A DNA stretch of 64,000 bases from a virus. The DNA is taken from IMG/VR virus record IMGVR_UViG_3300042197_003333, positions 1-64,000 of that record. One strand, written 5' to 3'. Under the pieces are notes generated by a model. That model worked only from the letters and a program-made list of their open reading frames with translations, had not been told where the DNA came from and did no database searches. Of this stretch, positions 39,295-47,758 are shown piece by piece (the stretch's first letter is position 1; each line of letters begins with the position of its first letter). A program made the position numbers and the translations under genes.

Positions 39295-39712
39295 ACAGGC
39301 GTTCTCTAAAATAAAATAAAGGAGAAAAATTTATGGAAACAATTTATTTCGTTTTAGGTGTTCTCTCGGTAATTGCGGTTATATTTGTATCCGTAGTTGT
39401 TTGGGGTTTACTTAAGATAAAAAAACAAGAAGTGATTATTCGTGATTTAATGTCACGAATTGAGGATGACAGAAGACAATACTATGACGATGTAAGAAGT
39501 GTACATCAAAGTATTGACAGACGTGTTGAAGATGTTTGGGGTGGTTTTAAAGATTTAAGAACTGAAATGACTGAACTCGCTAAAGATTGTAATAATGTAT
39601 CAAAATCTTATACCGATTCACGAATTGATAAGTTAATTGACAATTACTTTGATGTAATTGCGGAAAAAAAACAAATAATAAAATAAACAATTAAAACAGA
39701 GGACGCCTGTTT
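39293..39712. repeat. 15-bp inverted repeats (39293-39307 and 39698-39712) enclosing one gene
   Basis: AAACAGGCGTTCTCT pairs with AGAGGACGCCTGTTT (14 Watson-Crick plus 1 U-G). Confidence 0.75.
39333..39686 (+). CDS. N-terminal TM plus coiled-coil protein
   Basis: Hydrophobic N-terminus; SYTDSRIDKL near the C-terminus. Confidence 0.75.
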   Translation: METIYFVLGVLSVIAVIFVSVVVWGLLKIKKQEVIIRDLMSRIEDDRRQYYDDVRSVHQSIDRRVEDVWGGFKDLRTEMTELAKDCNNVSKSYTDSRIDKLIDNYFDVIAEKKQIIK

Positions 39713-39720
39713 TAAAATAT

Positions 39721-40004
39721 ATCTCCGTAGCTCAGTTAGGATAGAGCAACAACCTCAAAGGGGGCGTTTAATTAGAAATGATTAGATGGAACTTCTCGAA
39801 TTCCGTGAAACCTTCCGAGTAATGTCGATGGTAATACCGAGCCAAACCTCAAAAATGAGGAAGTGTGTAGAGACTAAGTGGGAAGCACCTTAACAAGTTA
39901 AGTTGAAGGTGATGATATAGTCCAGACCACAAACCTAAAGGGTAGTGAAAACTATAGTGGTATGTCTAAGTTGTGGGTCACAGGTTCGAATCCTGTCGGG
40001 GATA
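39721..40004 (+). tRNA. tRNA-Arg(UCU), exons 39721-39755 and 39965-40004
   Basis: Acceptor ATCTCCG/CGGGGAT, D-arm GCTC/GAGC, anticodon stem ACAAC/GTTGT with spliced loop CT-TCT-AA, T-arm ACAGG TTCGAAT CCTGT; no encoded CCA. Confidence 0.92.
39756..39964 (+). mobile_element. ORF-less group I intron (209 nt) inserted after U33 of the tRNA
   Basis: 5' exon ends in U; P1 CCU-caaa-GGG with U-G at the splice site; GTAGAGACTA and GATATAGTCC P7 elements; terminal G. Confidence 0.88.
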
Positions 40005-40532
40005 CACTGAGTTCATCTGCTCACCGTGAATTTCACGGTGGCAGTTTGAGCACAGTAGAATACACTTATCCAATTCATCTATCATAACTTCATTGAATGA
40101 ATATCTTTTCAGTTGAGATAGACTGAAATCTTTTTCTTCAGGATTTAAGTGATGAAACTCTAATGCACCTATGTATTTATCATAACCACATTGTTGACAT
40201 TTACCACCTTTATAGTCTACCATTTGTTTTTTCAATTTTCTTTGTCTTTCTACTGTTTGTAGCCCTGTGCATTTTTTACAGTAAACAGATGAATTATCCT
40301 TTCCCCTTCTACTATAAAATTCTGATATATTACAATTTTCTTTACATCTTGGGCAAAATCTACTTTCTCCATAATCTTTTTTTCCCATCACATTAAATGG
40401 TTTATTTGGAAATTCTACTTTGTGTTTCTTTGCCCAATATCTTACTGTAGTTAGTCCTTTACCGGCCTCTTTACTTATTTGATTAAGGGACATCCCCTTA
40501 CCAATCATTTCAATTAAATATTCTTTAGTCAT
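39978..40532 (-). CDS. HNH endonuclease with N-terminal HTH and zinc ribbon; 3' end antisense to tRNA exon 2
   Basis: SLNQISKEAGKGLTTVRYW; CPRC..CKKC; CQQCG..LEFHH..LCSNCHREIH. Confidence 0.85.
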   Translation of the reverse strand: MTKEYLIEMIGKGMSLNQISKEAGKGLTTVRYWAKKHKVEFPNKPFNVMGKKDYGESRFCPRCKENCNISEFYSRRGKDNSSVYCKKCTGLQTVERQRKLKKQMVDYKGGKCQQCGYDKYIGALEFHHLNPEEKDFSLSQLKRYSFNEVMIDELDKCILLCSNCHREIHGEQMNSVYPRQDSNL

Positions 40533-40678
40533 ATGGATACTTTTTATATAAATATCCATTAAGTTATTTTTAGAAAAACTTTTATACTGTATTATGTTTA
40601 ATCACAACACCAACCTTTGCTCAGAAATTTACACATTTTAGATTATTTTGACAAGATATATAAACAAAAAAATTAATT

Positions 40679-41434
40679 TTAAACAAAATCTTTTAAATCC
40701 ATATCTCTAATCTCATAGCGTCTTGTAGATATGTTAGGATTGGTATTAAAATCGCCAAGAATATACTCATCCGCACTATAATCTTCAAACTCACCTGACT
40801 CTCCCGATATATAATATGTTGTAAATGTCCATGCGCTAAAATCATCACCATCTTTTAACACGTCTCCTTCATCCATTAGTTCAAGTTCTTTAAATAAACT
40901 TGTGTCAATTGAAAAATATTCTGTTTGTGAAACTATATGTTGTGAATAATCTTCAATTTCTCCGTCGCCGCCACAATTTTGACAAGTCATTTCTCCGTCG
41001 CCGCCACAATTTCCACATTGAGTTTTTCCATCTCCTTCGCAATTGTCACAATCTTCACCATCAATTTTTCCATCTCCATCACATTGACCACAATTCATAT
41101 TTCCTATTCCATCACATTCATCACACGAAGAGTAACCACTTCCACCACATTCATCACAATCTGAGTAAGGTCTATCGTCACTAATATATATAACTGAAAA
41201 AGAAAACAAATTGGCTAAACATTCTTCATAAGCTGGTGCTAATTCATTTCCTCTTTTATAATTTAAAAGTAAAAAAACTAAATAAACAACTTCTTCAGGT
41301 TTAAGTGATTCTCTTATTTGTTTTAAAAATCTGTCTTTTTGCAAAAAACTAAAAATTGATTGCGAGGTCTCTGAAACATCTTGTAACTTTAATCTTGGCC
41401 CTATCAAATTGGCCAACCTAATTAATTTTTCCAT
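40679..41434 (-). CDS. Protein with DnaJ-type CxxCxGxG zinc-finger repeats, no J-domain
   Basis: Six repeats: CDECGGSG, CDECDGIG, CGQCDGDG, CDNCEGDG, CGNCGGDG, CQNCGGDG. Confidence 0.75.
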   Translation of the reverse strand: MEKLIRLANLIGPRLKLQDVSETSQSIFSFLQKDRFLKQIRESLKPEEVVYLVFLLLNYKRGNELAPAYEECLANLFSFSVIYISDDRPYSDCDECGGSGYSSCDECDGIGNMNCGQCDGDGKIDGEDCDNCEGDGKTQCGNCGGDGEMTCQNCGGDGEIEDYSQHIVSQTEYFSIDTSLFKELELMDEGDVLKDGDDFSAWTFTTYYISGESGEFEDYSADEYILGDFNTNPNISTRRYEIRDMDLKDFV

Positions 41435-41462
41435 ATATTTATATAAATATAATTATCTTAAA

Positions 41463-42848
41463 ATGATTAATAAAAAACTTATTTCTGAAATTAATAGAAA
41501 TAAAGAGTTAATGGGTATTGAATTATTGAACGAAACTCTTGATTTTGTTCACGTTGCTGGCGGAAAAAAAGCAAGAATTACTTCACCATTTGGACCAAGA
41601 GGAGGAAGTATACATTATGGTCTTGATTTGGGAGTTCCTTCTGGAACAAAAGTGATTGCTCCTGCTGATGGCACTATTACTGATGCGGTGATTAGAAAAG
41701 ACGCCTGTGGGGGAACATTAAAAATTGACCACGGAAAAATTGACGGAGATGATTATGATACAAGATTTTGTCATTGCAAAGAATTTTTAGTAAATATCGG
41801 AGATAAAGTCACTCAGGGGCAAGTTATTGCATACTCTGGTGGAGGAGCAAAAGACATAGGAAGAGGACGTTCTACAGGCGCCCATATTCATTTTGAATTA
41901 TATAAAAATGGAACACCCATCAACCCTAAAAGTTATTATGATAATTTTGTTGAATTAGATGGAATGTCTCAAATTCAAACAAAAAAGATAAATAAAAAAA
42001 TAGAGTCATTTGATGACATACCTGAAGATTTAAAAAAGATATATTCAAAATTAGAATCAAAATCAGGTAGAAAATATAAAATAGAAAAAGAAAATATTGA
42101 TTTTGAATTTAAAAATGAAGGGGGAATTTATAAAGACGCTGGAAGTGTAAATTCTGAGGCCAAAAAACAAATTATGAAAATGATTGAAGATATGATTATA
42201 ATTTTTCCAGAGTTAAAAAGTGAAACAAAACTTGTTTCAGATTATAGAGGATACGAAAAACAAATTTCGGCTTTTTTAAATAATATAGGCCAATATGCTA
42301 CAACTCTTGACAGGCAAAAATGGTCGGCGTTACCTGGATTTTCACAACACCATACAGGAAAGGCTTTTGATATTTTTAGTGTTGAAAAAAGTTGGTGGAA
42401 ATCAAGACCTGAAATAAAAAAATGGGTTGAAGAAAATTGTAAAAATTATGGATTTGAAGTGTCTTATCCCACTGATAGGGGTTCAAATTTTAGAGGAGCC
42501 GAACCTTGGCATTTGAAATATGTTTCAGGAGCAAAAATTGATTCTTCAGACTTTTTATCTAAAGAAGTGATTGACAATTCAGAAAACAACGCAACATATT
42601 CAGAAAAAAAAGATGTAGAAAAACTTTTAGATAAAATTGGTTTAAAACAATTTGCCGATTCGGAAAGTTTGGATGATGTTGTTCAAAAAGTAAAAGATAT
42701 GGTTCCTGACGAGGTTATAAATAAAACTCCTGAAGGTGATATTGAAATTTTTGGGTATTCTTTATCTGATTTATGGGATAACGCAAAAAGTATATTTGAA
42801 CAACGATTAAATGAAGATATTAATAAAATGAAAAAACCCCTAAAATAA
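41463..42848 (+). CDS. Bifunctional peptidoglycan peptidase (M23 plus M15B/VanY-like) with leader
   Basis: ITSPFGPR..HYGLD..STGAHIHFE (M23); SDYRGY..SALPGFSQHHTGKAFD..EPWHLKY (M15). Confidence 0.88.
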   Translation: MINKKLISEINRNKELMGIELLNETLDFVHVAGGKKARITSPFGPRGGSIHYGLDLGVPSGTKVIAPADGTITDAVIRKDACGGTLKIDHGKIDGDDYDTRFCHCKEFLVNIGDKVTQGQVIAYSGGGAKDIGRGRSTGAHIHFELYKNGTPINPKSYYDNFVELDGMSQIQTKKINKKIESFDDIPEDLKKIYSKLESKSGRKYKIEKENIDFEFKNEGGIYKDAGSVNSEAKKQIMKMIEDMIIIFPELKSETKLVSDYRGYEKQISAFLNNIGQYATTLDRQKWSALPGFSQHHTGKAFDIFSVEKSWWKSRPEIKKWVEENCKNYGFEVSYPTDRGSNFRGAEPWHLKYVSGAKIDSSDFLSKEVIDNSENNATYSEKKDVEKLLDKIGLKQFADSESLDDVVQKVKDMVPDEVINKTPEGDIEIFGYSLSDLWDNAKSIFEQRLNEDINKMKKPLK

Positions 42849-42861
42849 GGGGTTTTTTTGT

Positions 42862-43246
42862 TGGTGGAGGCGGGGGTAGTCGAAAACCCCGTCCAGATAC
42901 TCATAAAAGATAGGACTACACGCTTAGGTCAATAATTGTTCTAATTATTCCGAAATATTTCGTTTTTATTTCCCTTCCACACGAACAAAAAAGGGTTTGT
43001 TTCTTTTCGGGTAGAAACCACACCACAGTACGAGCTTCTGTTCCAAGGTTATATGCTTACCGACCCGTTTCGTAGGCTAATCCCAGATTAGGCTACTGTT
43101 ACATCAGCAGTACGGATTAAACCGATTGTCTGAAGTTTTGCGAAAGTTTCGCCATTTACGTTTGTTACCATAGTTTAAAGTGATAGGAAACGTCTCACTG
43201 CGTGCCCCGGCTCCCAAGATGTAAATGTCAAATCCAGCTCGCCCCC
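42862..43246 (-). ncRNA. ssrA: tmRNA; tag reading frame 43153..43088
   Basis: 5' GGGGGCGAGCTGGATTTGAC; 3' ..TTCGACTACCCCCGCCTCCACCA; 7-bp acceptor stem with G3-U wobble; tag GETFAKLQTIGLIRTADVTVA; TATATTTG at 43268. Confidence 0.9.
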
Positions 43247-43320
43247 ATATTTCAAATAACTTATGTACAAATATATAAATACTTTAATATTACTCCAAGT
43301 ATTTATAAAAAAAAAGTTTA

Positions 43321-44376
43321 ATGTCATTATATAAGGCTTTAATTGATTTTAGAGACAACGAAAATAACCCATTTTGGGTAGAAAGGGCTGACGATGATAA
43401 TATTGTTAGTGTAAAAACTGTAGTCAAAACAAATAGAGGTAAATCTTTAGTTGCATTAAAATTTGACTTGGAAAGTTTTTCAGAACTTTTTTTACCTGAA
43501 AATGAAGAGAATAACAATAAATTTTTAATATCAGTTTCTTTTGGAAGAGGGTATTATGGTGATTCTGTTTTTGTAGATACAGGTTATTTTGGTGAAGAAG
43601 AAATGAAAGAAGGTTATATCTTCAGACATTTTTCAGATGAAAGTTTAAAAAAGTTAAATGAAATTTTAATTATGGCAAGACCTGATTTGGCAAATAAAGG
43701 AAGTGAGGTTTATGATGAAGTCGGACCTTGGTTGTTAAGTAATTTTAGTAGACAGGCTTTAGAAATATGCTCTACATATTCATATGAATATGATGAATGT
43801 CTTGTTGCAGGTGTAAAAGACTATGTTATAGGTAAACTATGTAAACGTTTATCGGAATTTATGATGATTGAAAGTAAATGCGGTAGTTTATATTATACAA
43901 CAGTAAACAACCTTCTAAAATTATGGGATAAATCAGAATTAAATAAAGATGCAACAATGACTGAAGTATTAAAGAAACTTATATTGGATTCAAATTTGGA
44001 ACTAGATGAAGATTTATATGATGATTATTACGCATATTGGGATAATGATAATTTTGACCAACCTAGCTTTAATAGAACAGTAGATAGAGAACTAGATAAA
44101 ATAGAAGAAATAATAACCGACCAATTAGAAACAGGTGAATTTGCAGAAAATAAAAAAATGTATGATTTTATTATATCAAAAAAATTACAATTTGATAGTT
44201 GGAATAGTTTCCCAAAAGAAAAAACTTTTGGAGAAAAAAATAAAATGAAGTTTAGATTAGAAAAAGTTGAGGATGGTAAAGTTCATATTATTACTAATTT
44301 CCCCACAGGTACCAGAGGAGCGTATCTTGATTTAGAACAATTTAAAAATTTTTTATATCAACCTGAATTATTTTAA
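43321..44376 (+). CDS. Hypothetical protein
   Basis: 351-aa ORF, TATTTAT upstream. Confidence 0.75.
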   Translation: MSLYKALIDFRDNENNPFWVERADDDNIVSVKTVVKTNRGKSLVALKFDLESFSELFLPENEENNNKFLISVSFGRGYYGDSVFVDTGYFGEEEMKEGYIFRHFSDESLKKLNEILIMARPDLANKGSEVYDEVGPWLLSNFSRQALEICSTYSYEYDECLVAGVKDYVIGKLCKRLSEFMMIESKCGSLYYTTVNNLLKLWDKSELNKDATMTEVLKKLILDSNLELDEDLYDDYYAYWDNDNFDQPSFNRTVDRELDKIEEIITDQLETGEFAENKKMYDFIISKKLQFDSWNSFPKEKTFGEKNKMKFRLEKVEDGKVHIITNFPTGTRGAYLDLEQFKNFLYQPELF

Positions 44377-44412
44377 AAAAGTTTTGTATATTTGCCCATA
44401 ACTTTTAAACAA

Positions 44413-45225
44413 ATGAATAATTTAGATTTTTTCAAAACATTACTTTCAGTTCCTACGAAAACATATCAGGAAGATAAAATGATTGATTTTTTGGTTTCAT
44501 ATTTTGAATCAAAAAATTATGAGTTCTTTGTTGATGAACTTGGAAGTATATATGTTACAAAAGGAGTTGTAAAACCTGGTGAATACTTCCCCTGTGTTGT
44601 CGCTCACACCGATACGGTACATAAACTTGACACAATTAATGTGATGGAAGAAACTCTTCCTAATTCAAAAGGTGAAGACTCACTATGTCTTAAAGCTTAT
44701 AATGATTTTAATGAGCCAACGGGAATTGGTGGGGACGACAAATGTGGAATATTCGCTTGTCTTGAGCTTCTTGAAAAATTTGATGTTATAAAAGCGGCGT
44801 TTTTTGTTTCAGAAGAAGTCGGTTGTATTGGGTCAAATAATTCTGATGATAGATTTTTTGATAATGTTGGTTATGTTATTGAATTTGATGCTCCTGGCGA
44901 TTATTGGGTGACTGAATATTGTTTTGGAGTTAAACTTTATGACAGGGAGTCAGAGTTTTTCAAAATTTCAAATAACATTCTTTCTGAAAATTTGTTGTCA
45001 AAACCATCTTATGGTGTTCACCCTTATACTGATGTATATGCGCTGAAAAAGAAATATAATTTTGCTTGTATTAACTTTTCAATTGGGTACCATAACTATC
45101 ATACCAAAAATGAGTATATCTGCATTGAAGAGGTTGAAGCGGGAATTAAAGCGGGTGGTGAGTTAATTAAATCTTTGGGTAATGTTAAACACTTTTTTGA
45201 CCACCCATCAAAAGTTAATCTATAA
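44413..45225 (+). CDS. M20/M28-family zinc peptidase
   Basis: VAHTDTVH, GGDDKCG, SEEVG, EFDAPG, YHNYHT. Confidence 0.85.
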   Translation: MNNLDFFKTLLSVPTKTYQEDKMIDFLVSYFESKNYEFFVDELGSIYVTKGVVKPGEYFPCVVAHTDTVHKLDTINVMEETLPNSKGEDSLCLKAYNDFNEPTGIGGDDKCGIFACLELLEKFDVIKAAFFVSEEVGCIGSNNSDDRFFDNVGYVIEFDAPGDYWVTEYCFGVKLYDRESEFFKISNNILSENLLSKPSYGVHPYTDVYALKKKYNFACINFSIGYHNYHTKNEYICIEEVEAGIKAGGELIKSLGNVKHFFDHPSKVNL

Positions 45226-45236
45226 AAAAAGGGGGA

Positions 45237-46490
45237 TTATTCCCCCTTTGTTTTTCTTGCCCTTTTTGTCTTCTTATATTCCGAGTAAAGCACTTTTTCA
45301 TCTTCAATTCTCATAACGTAAAGTGTTTCTTCTTTAAGATTTTTTCTTAAAACTTCGTCGGAAATAAAATCTTCAATCTTTTCTTGAATTGCCCGTTTAA
45401 GCGGTCTTGCTCCATATACCTCATCAAACCCAACTTTTGAAATAAAGTCAATAACTGATTCATCAAAAGTAATATTAAGTTTCAACCCCTCAAGTCTTGA
45501 CTGCAATTTGTTAATTTCAACTTTAACAATCTTTTTAACATCTTCATCGTTTAATGTATTAAAAACAATTACCTCATCAATACGATTTATAAATTCGGGG
45601 GCAAAATGATTTTTTAATTCTTTATTCAACATTTGTTTTTTAACCTCTTGGTCAGCATATACGTTGTTTGTTTTGGAAAATCCAATCCCCGCTCCAAAAT
45701 CTTGCATTTTTTTGACCCCAATATTTGATGTCATAATGATAAGACAATTTTTAAAGTTAATTTTTCTTCCAAAACTATCTGTCATATAACCTTCATCCAA
45801 AAGTTGGAGGAGTGATGAAAAAATATCACGATGAGCCTTTTCAACTTCATCAAAAAGAACAACCGAATATGGTTTTGTCTTAACCTGTTCTGTTAATTGA
45901 CCCCCTTCTTCATATCCAACATAACCTGGAGGTGAACCAATCAATCTTGAAACCGAGTGTTTTTCTTGAAATTCACTCATATCAACCCTAATTAAATTTT
46001 CTTCACTTCCAAATATCTGTTTTGCCAATTCTTTCGCTAAAAGAGTATTGTGAGATAAAATACCATTAGTATAATATCTTCTATTAGAACCTTCTTTTAA
46101 TTCTAAATCAAACATAACTTCTTCGTACCCTAAATTAGTTATTGATACAACTTCACATTCTTCTAATTTATCATCACCAAATACACATATTTTATCACCA
46201 ACATTTAAATTCTTCACAAAAACTTCTTCCATATTGTCAATATAAAAAACAATATGATTATCGGCGCATTTGAGTTCTTTACCATCAGATAATTTAAGGT
46301 GATAAACCTCATAAGGTATTGTTTCATGTAATGCCTCAATATCAACAAAACCGGTGTCGGTTAATATTTCATAATCTGATATTTTAGTTGTTTTAGTAAA
46401 TTTTTTTAATGAATCTAATTCGTGTTTATCAAATAAAAAAACATTATCTAATTTCTCAATTCGTTTTTGTATTTCTTCAATTCCATTCAT
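45237..46490 (-). CDS. clpC: ClpC fragment 3: IntC-2 (148 aa, 46490..46047) plus C-terminal NBD2 extein
   Basis: CADNH (block B), MFDLEL..YTNGILSHN/T; then LIRVDMSEF, RLIGSPPGYVGYEEGG, VLFDEVEKAH, GIGF loop, GARPLKR. Confidence 0.9.
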   Translation of the reverse strand: MNGIEEIQKRIEKLDNVFLFDKHELDSLKKFTKTTKISDYEILTDTGFVDIEALHETIPYEVYHLKLSDGKELKCADNHIVFYIDNMEEVFVKNLNVGDKICVFGDDKLEECEVVSITNLGYEEVMFDLELKEGSNRRYYTNGILSHNTLLAKELAKQIFGSEENLIRVDMSEFQEKHSVSRLIGSPPGYVGYEEGGQLTEQVKTKPYSVVLFDEVEKAHRDIFSSLLQLLDEGYMTDSFGRKINFKNCLIIMTSNIGVKKMQDFGAGIGFSKTNNVYADQEVKKQMLNKELKNHFAPEFINRIDEVIVFNTLNDEDVKKIVKVEINKLQSRLEGLKLNITFDESVIDFISKVGFDEVYGARPLKRAIQEKIEDFISDEVLRKNLKEETLYVMRIEDEKVLYSEYKKTKRARKTKGE

Positions 46491-46491
46491 A

Positions 46492-47712
46492 TCATTTGTT
46501 TTTTAAAAATTTTATACATTTATTTATTATCTCTTGCTTATTCCCCCACCTATATTCAGAGTCCCATATTACTAAAACTTCAAAACCACAATTTTTGGCC
46601 ATGCATAATTTTAATTTATCCTTATCCCAAATTTCTTGTGCAGTTATGTTTTGTTTAAATGGATTTGGGTAATCTGTTGATTTATATTTTGTTGGGTTTG
46701 CGTGAAATGAATCTCCATGAAACTCAATTATTTTTTTATTAATAGTGTCAGTAAAATCGTATAACCAAACTCCGCCATTTTCTTTTTCTAACTTGAATTC
46801 TTTATTATGTGTTGCAAAATAAATTTTATCTTTATCAACAATATCATATTTTTCTAAAAGTTTATAAAATAAATCTTGTGAAATTTTAGAAAACCCAATA
46901 ACCATACTACCATTTTTTATCAAAGAATTTAACCATTTATCCTGTCTTTCATTAAATCTTTTTTTACCTTGTTCTTCACCATATTTTTTTATACATTTTT
47001 CTAATGAAAAAGTTGATTGGTGTTTAGATACTTTTTCTTTTGCTTCTTCTTCAGATAATCCAGTTTTTGTCCAATATTTAATATTAGAAGGTATTAATCT
47101 TTTTTGGAAATCTACTTGTTTAGCCGATTTTTTTTGATTTTTAGAAATAATTTTTTTAGCCTCAAGTTCTGTTTTACCTTTATTAATCCAAAATTCAACT
47201 TTTGAAGGAGTTAAACAAATTTTATTTATTTCTTCTTCAGTATATCCTTTTTCTATTAGCATTTTTTTAGATTTACCATGATGAGTTTTAACACATTTAG
47301 AAGATTTTTGCTGTTGTTTTGAAATTTCTTTAGTCGCTAATTCTTTTGGGTAACCTTTATTTATCCAATACTCTTCACATAAACGATTTCTTTTTTTAAT
47401 TTCATAATTTCTGTTTTCTAATTCTTTTAAAGCTTCTTTTTCATCCCAACCACGCTCAATAAAATATTCTATTTTGCCCCATTTTTTAGTTTTAAAGCTA
47501 TAATTTTTTACCAACCACCCTCTCATTAATGAATATGAAATAGTACCATCTTGTTCTTCTAATTTATTCATCAAAGATTGCATTTCTTTTTTTATTTTTT
47601 CATTATTGTAACGTATGTTCTTATCTAATTTTAAAACATAATTTTTAAATGTTTCTAAATCTGGAAAAATTTCGTTTATTTCTTTAGTTCCTTTGTTTGT
47701 TTTTATTTTCAT
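46492..47712 (-). CDS. Free-standing Vsr-like PD-(D/E)XK homing endonuclease splitting intein 2
   Basis: Repeats (Y/F)WxxKGxxExEAxxxIS; C-terminal YDF..IIEFHGDSFHANP..GFEVLVIWDSE. Confidence 0.75.
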   Translation of the reverse strand: MKIKTNKGTKEINEIFPDLETFKNYVLKLDKNIRYNNEKIKKEMQSLMNKLEEQDGTISYSLMRGWLVKNYSFKTKKWGKIEYFIERGWDEKEALKELENRNYEIKKRNRLCEEYWINKGYPKELATKEISKQQQKSSKCVKTHHGKSKKMLIEKGYTEEEINKICLTPSKVEFWINKGKTELEAKKIISKNQKKSAKQVDFQKRLIPSNIKYWTKTGLSEEEAKEKVSKHQSTFSLEKCIKKYGEEQGKKRFNERQDKWLNSLIKNGSMVIGFSKISQDLFYKLLEKYDIVDKDKIYFATHNKEFKLEKENGGVWLYDFTDTINKKIIEFHGDSFHANPTKYKSTDYPNPFKQNITAQEIWDKDKLKLCMAKNCGFEVLVIWDSEYRWGNKQEIINKCIKFLKNK

Positions 47713-47758
47713 AATATCTATTTTATAATAAATATCGTAAAGTTTAAAAAAGTTAGGA

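Noticed and set aside
40679-41434. Full DnaJ chaperone
   Set aside because: No J-domain HPD motif; only the zinc-finger repeats are present
42862-42895. A second tRNA gene on the minus strand
   Set aside because: The T-arm/CCA end pairs with a 5' end about 385 nt away and encloses a tag frame, so it is tmRNA
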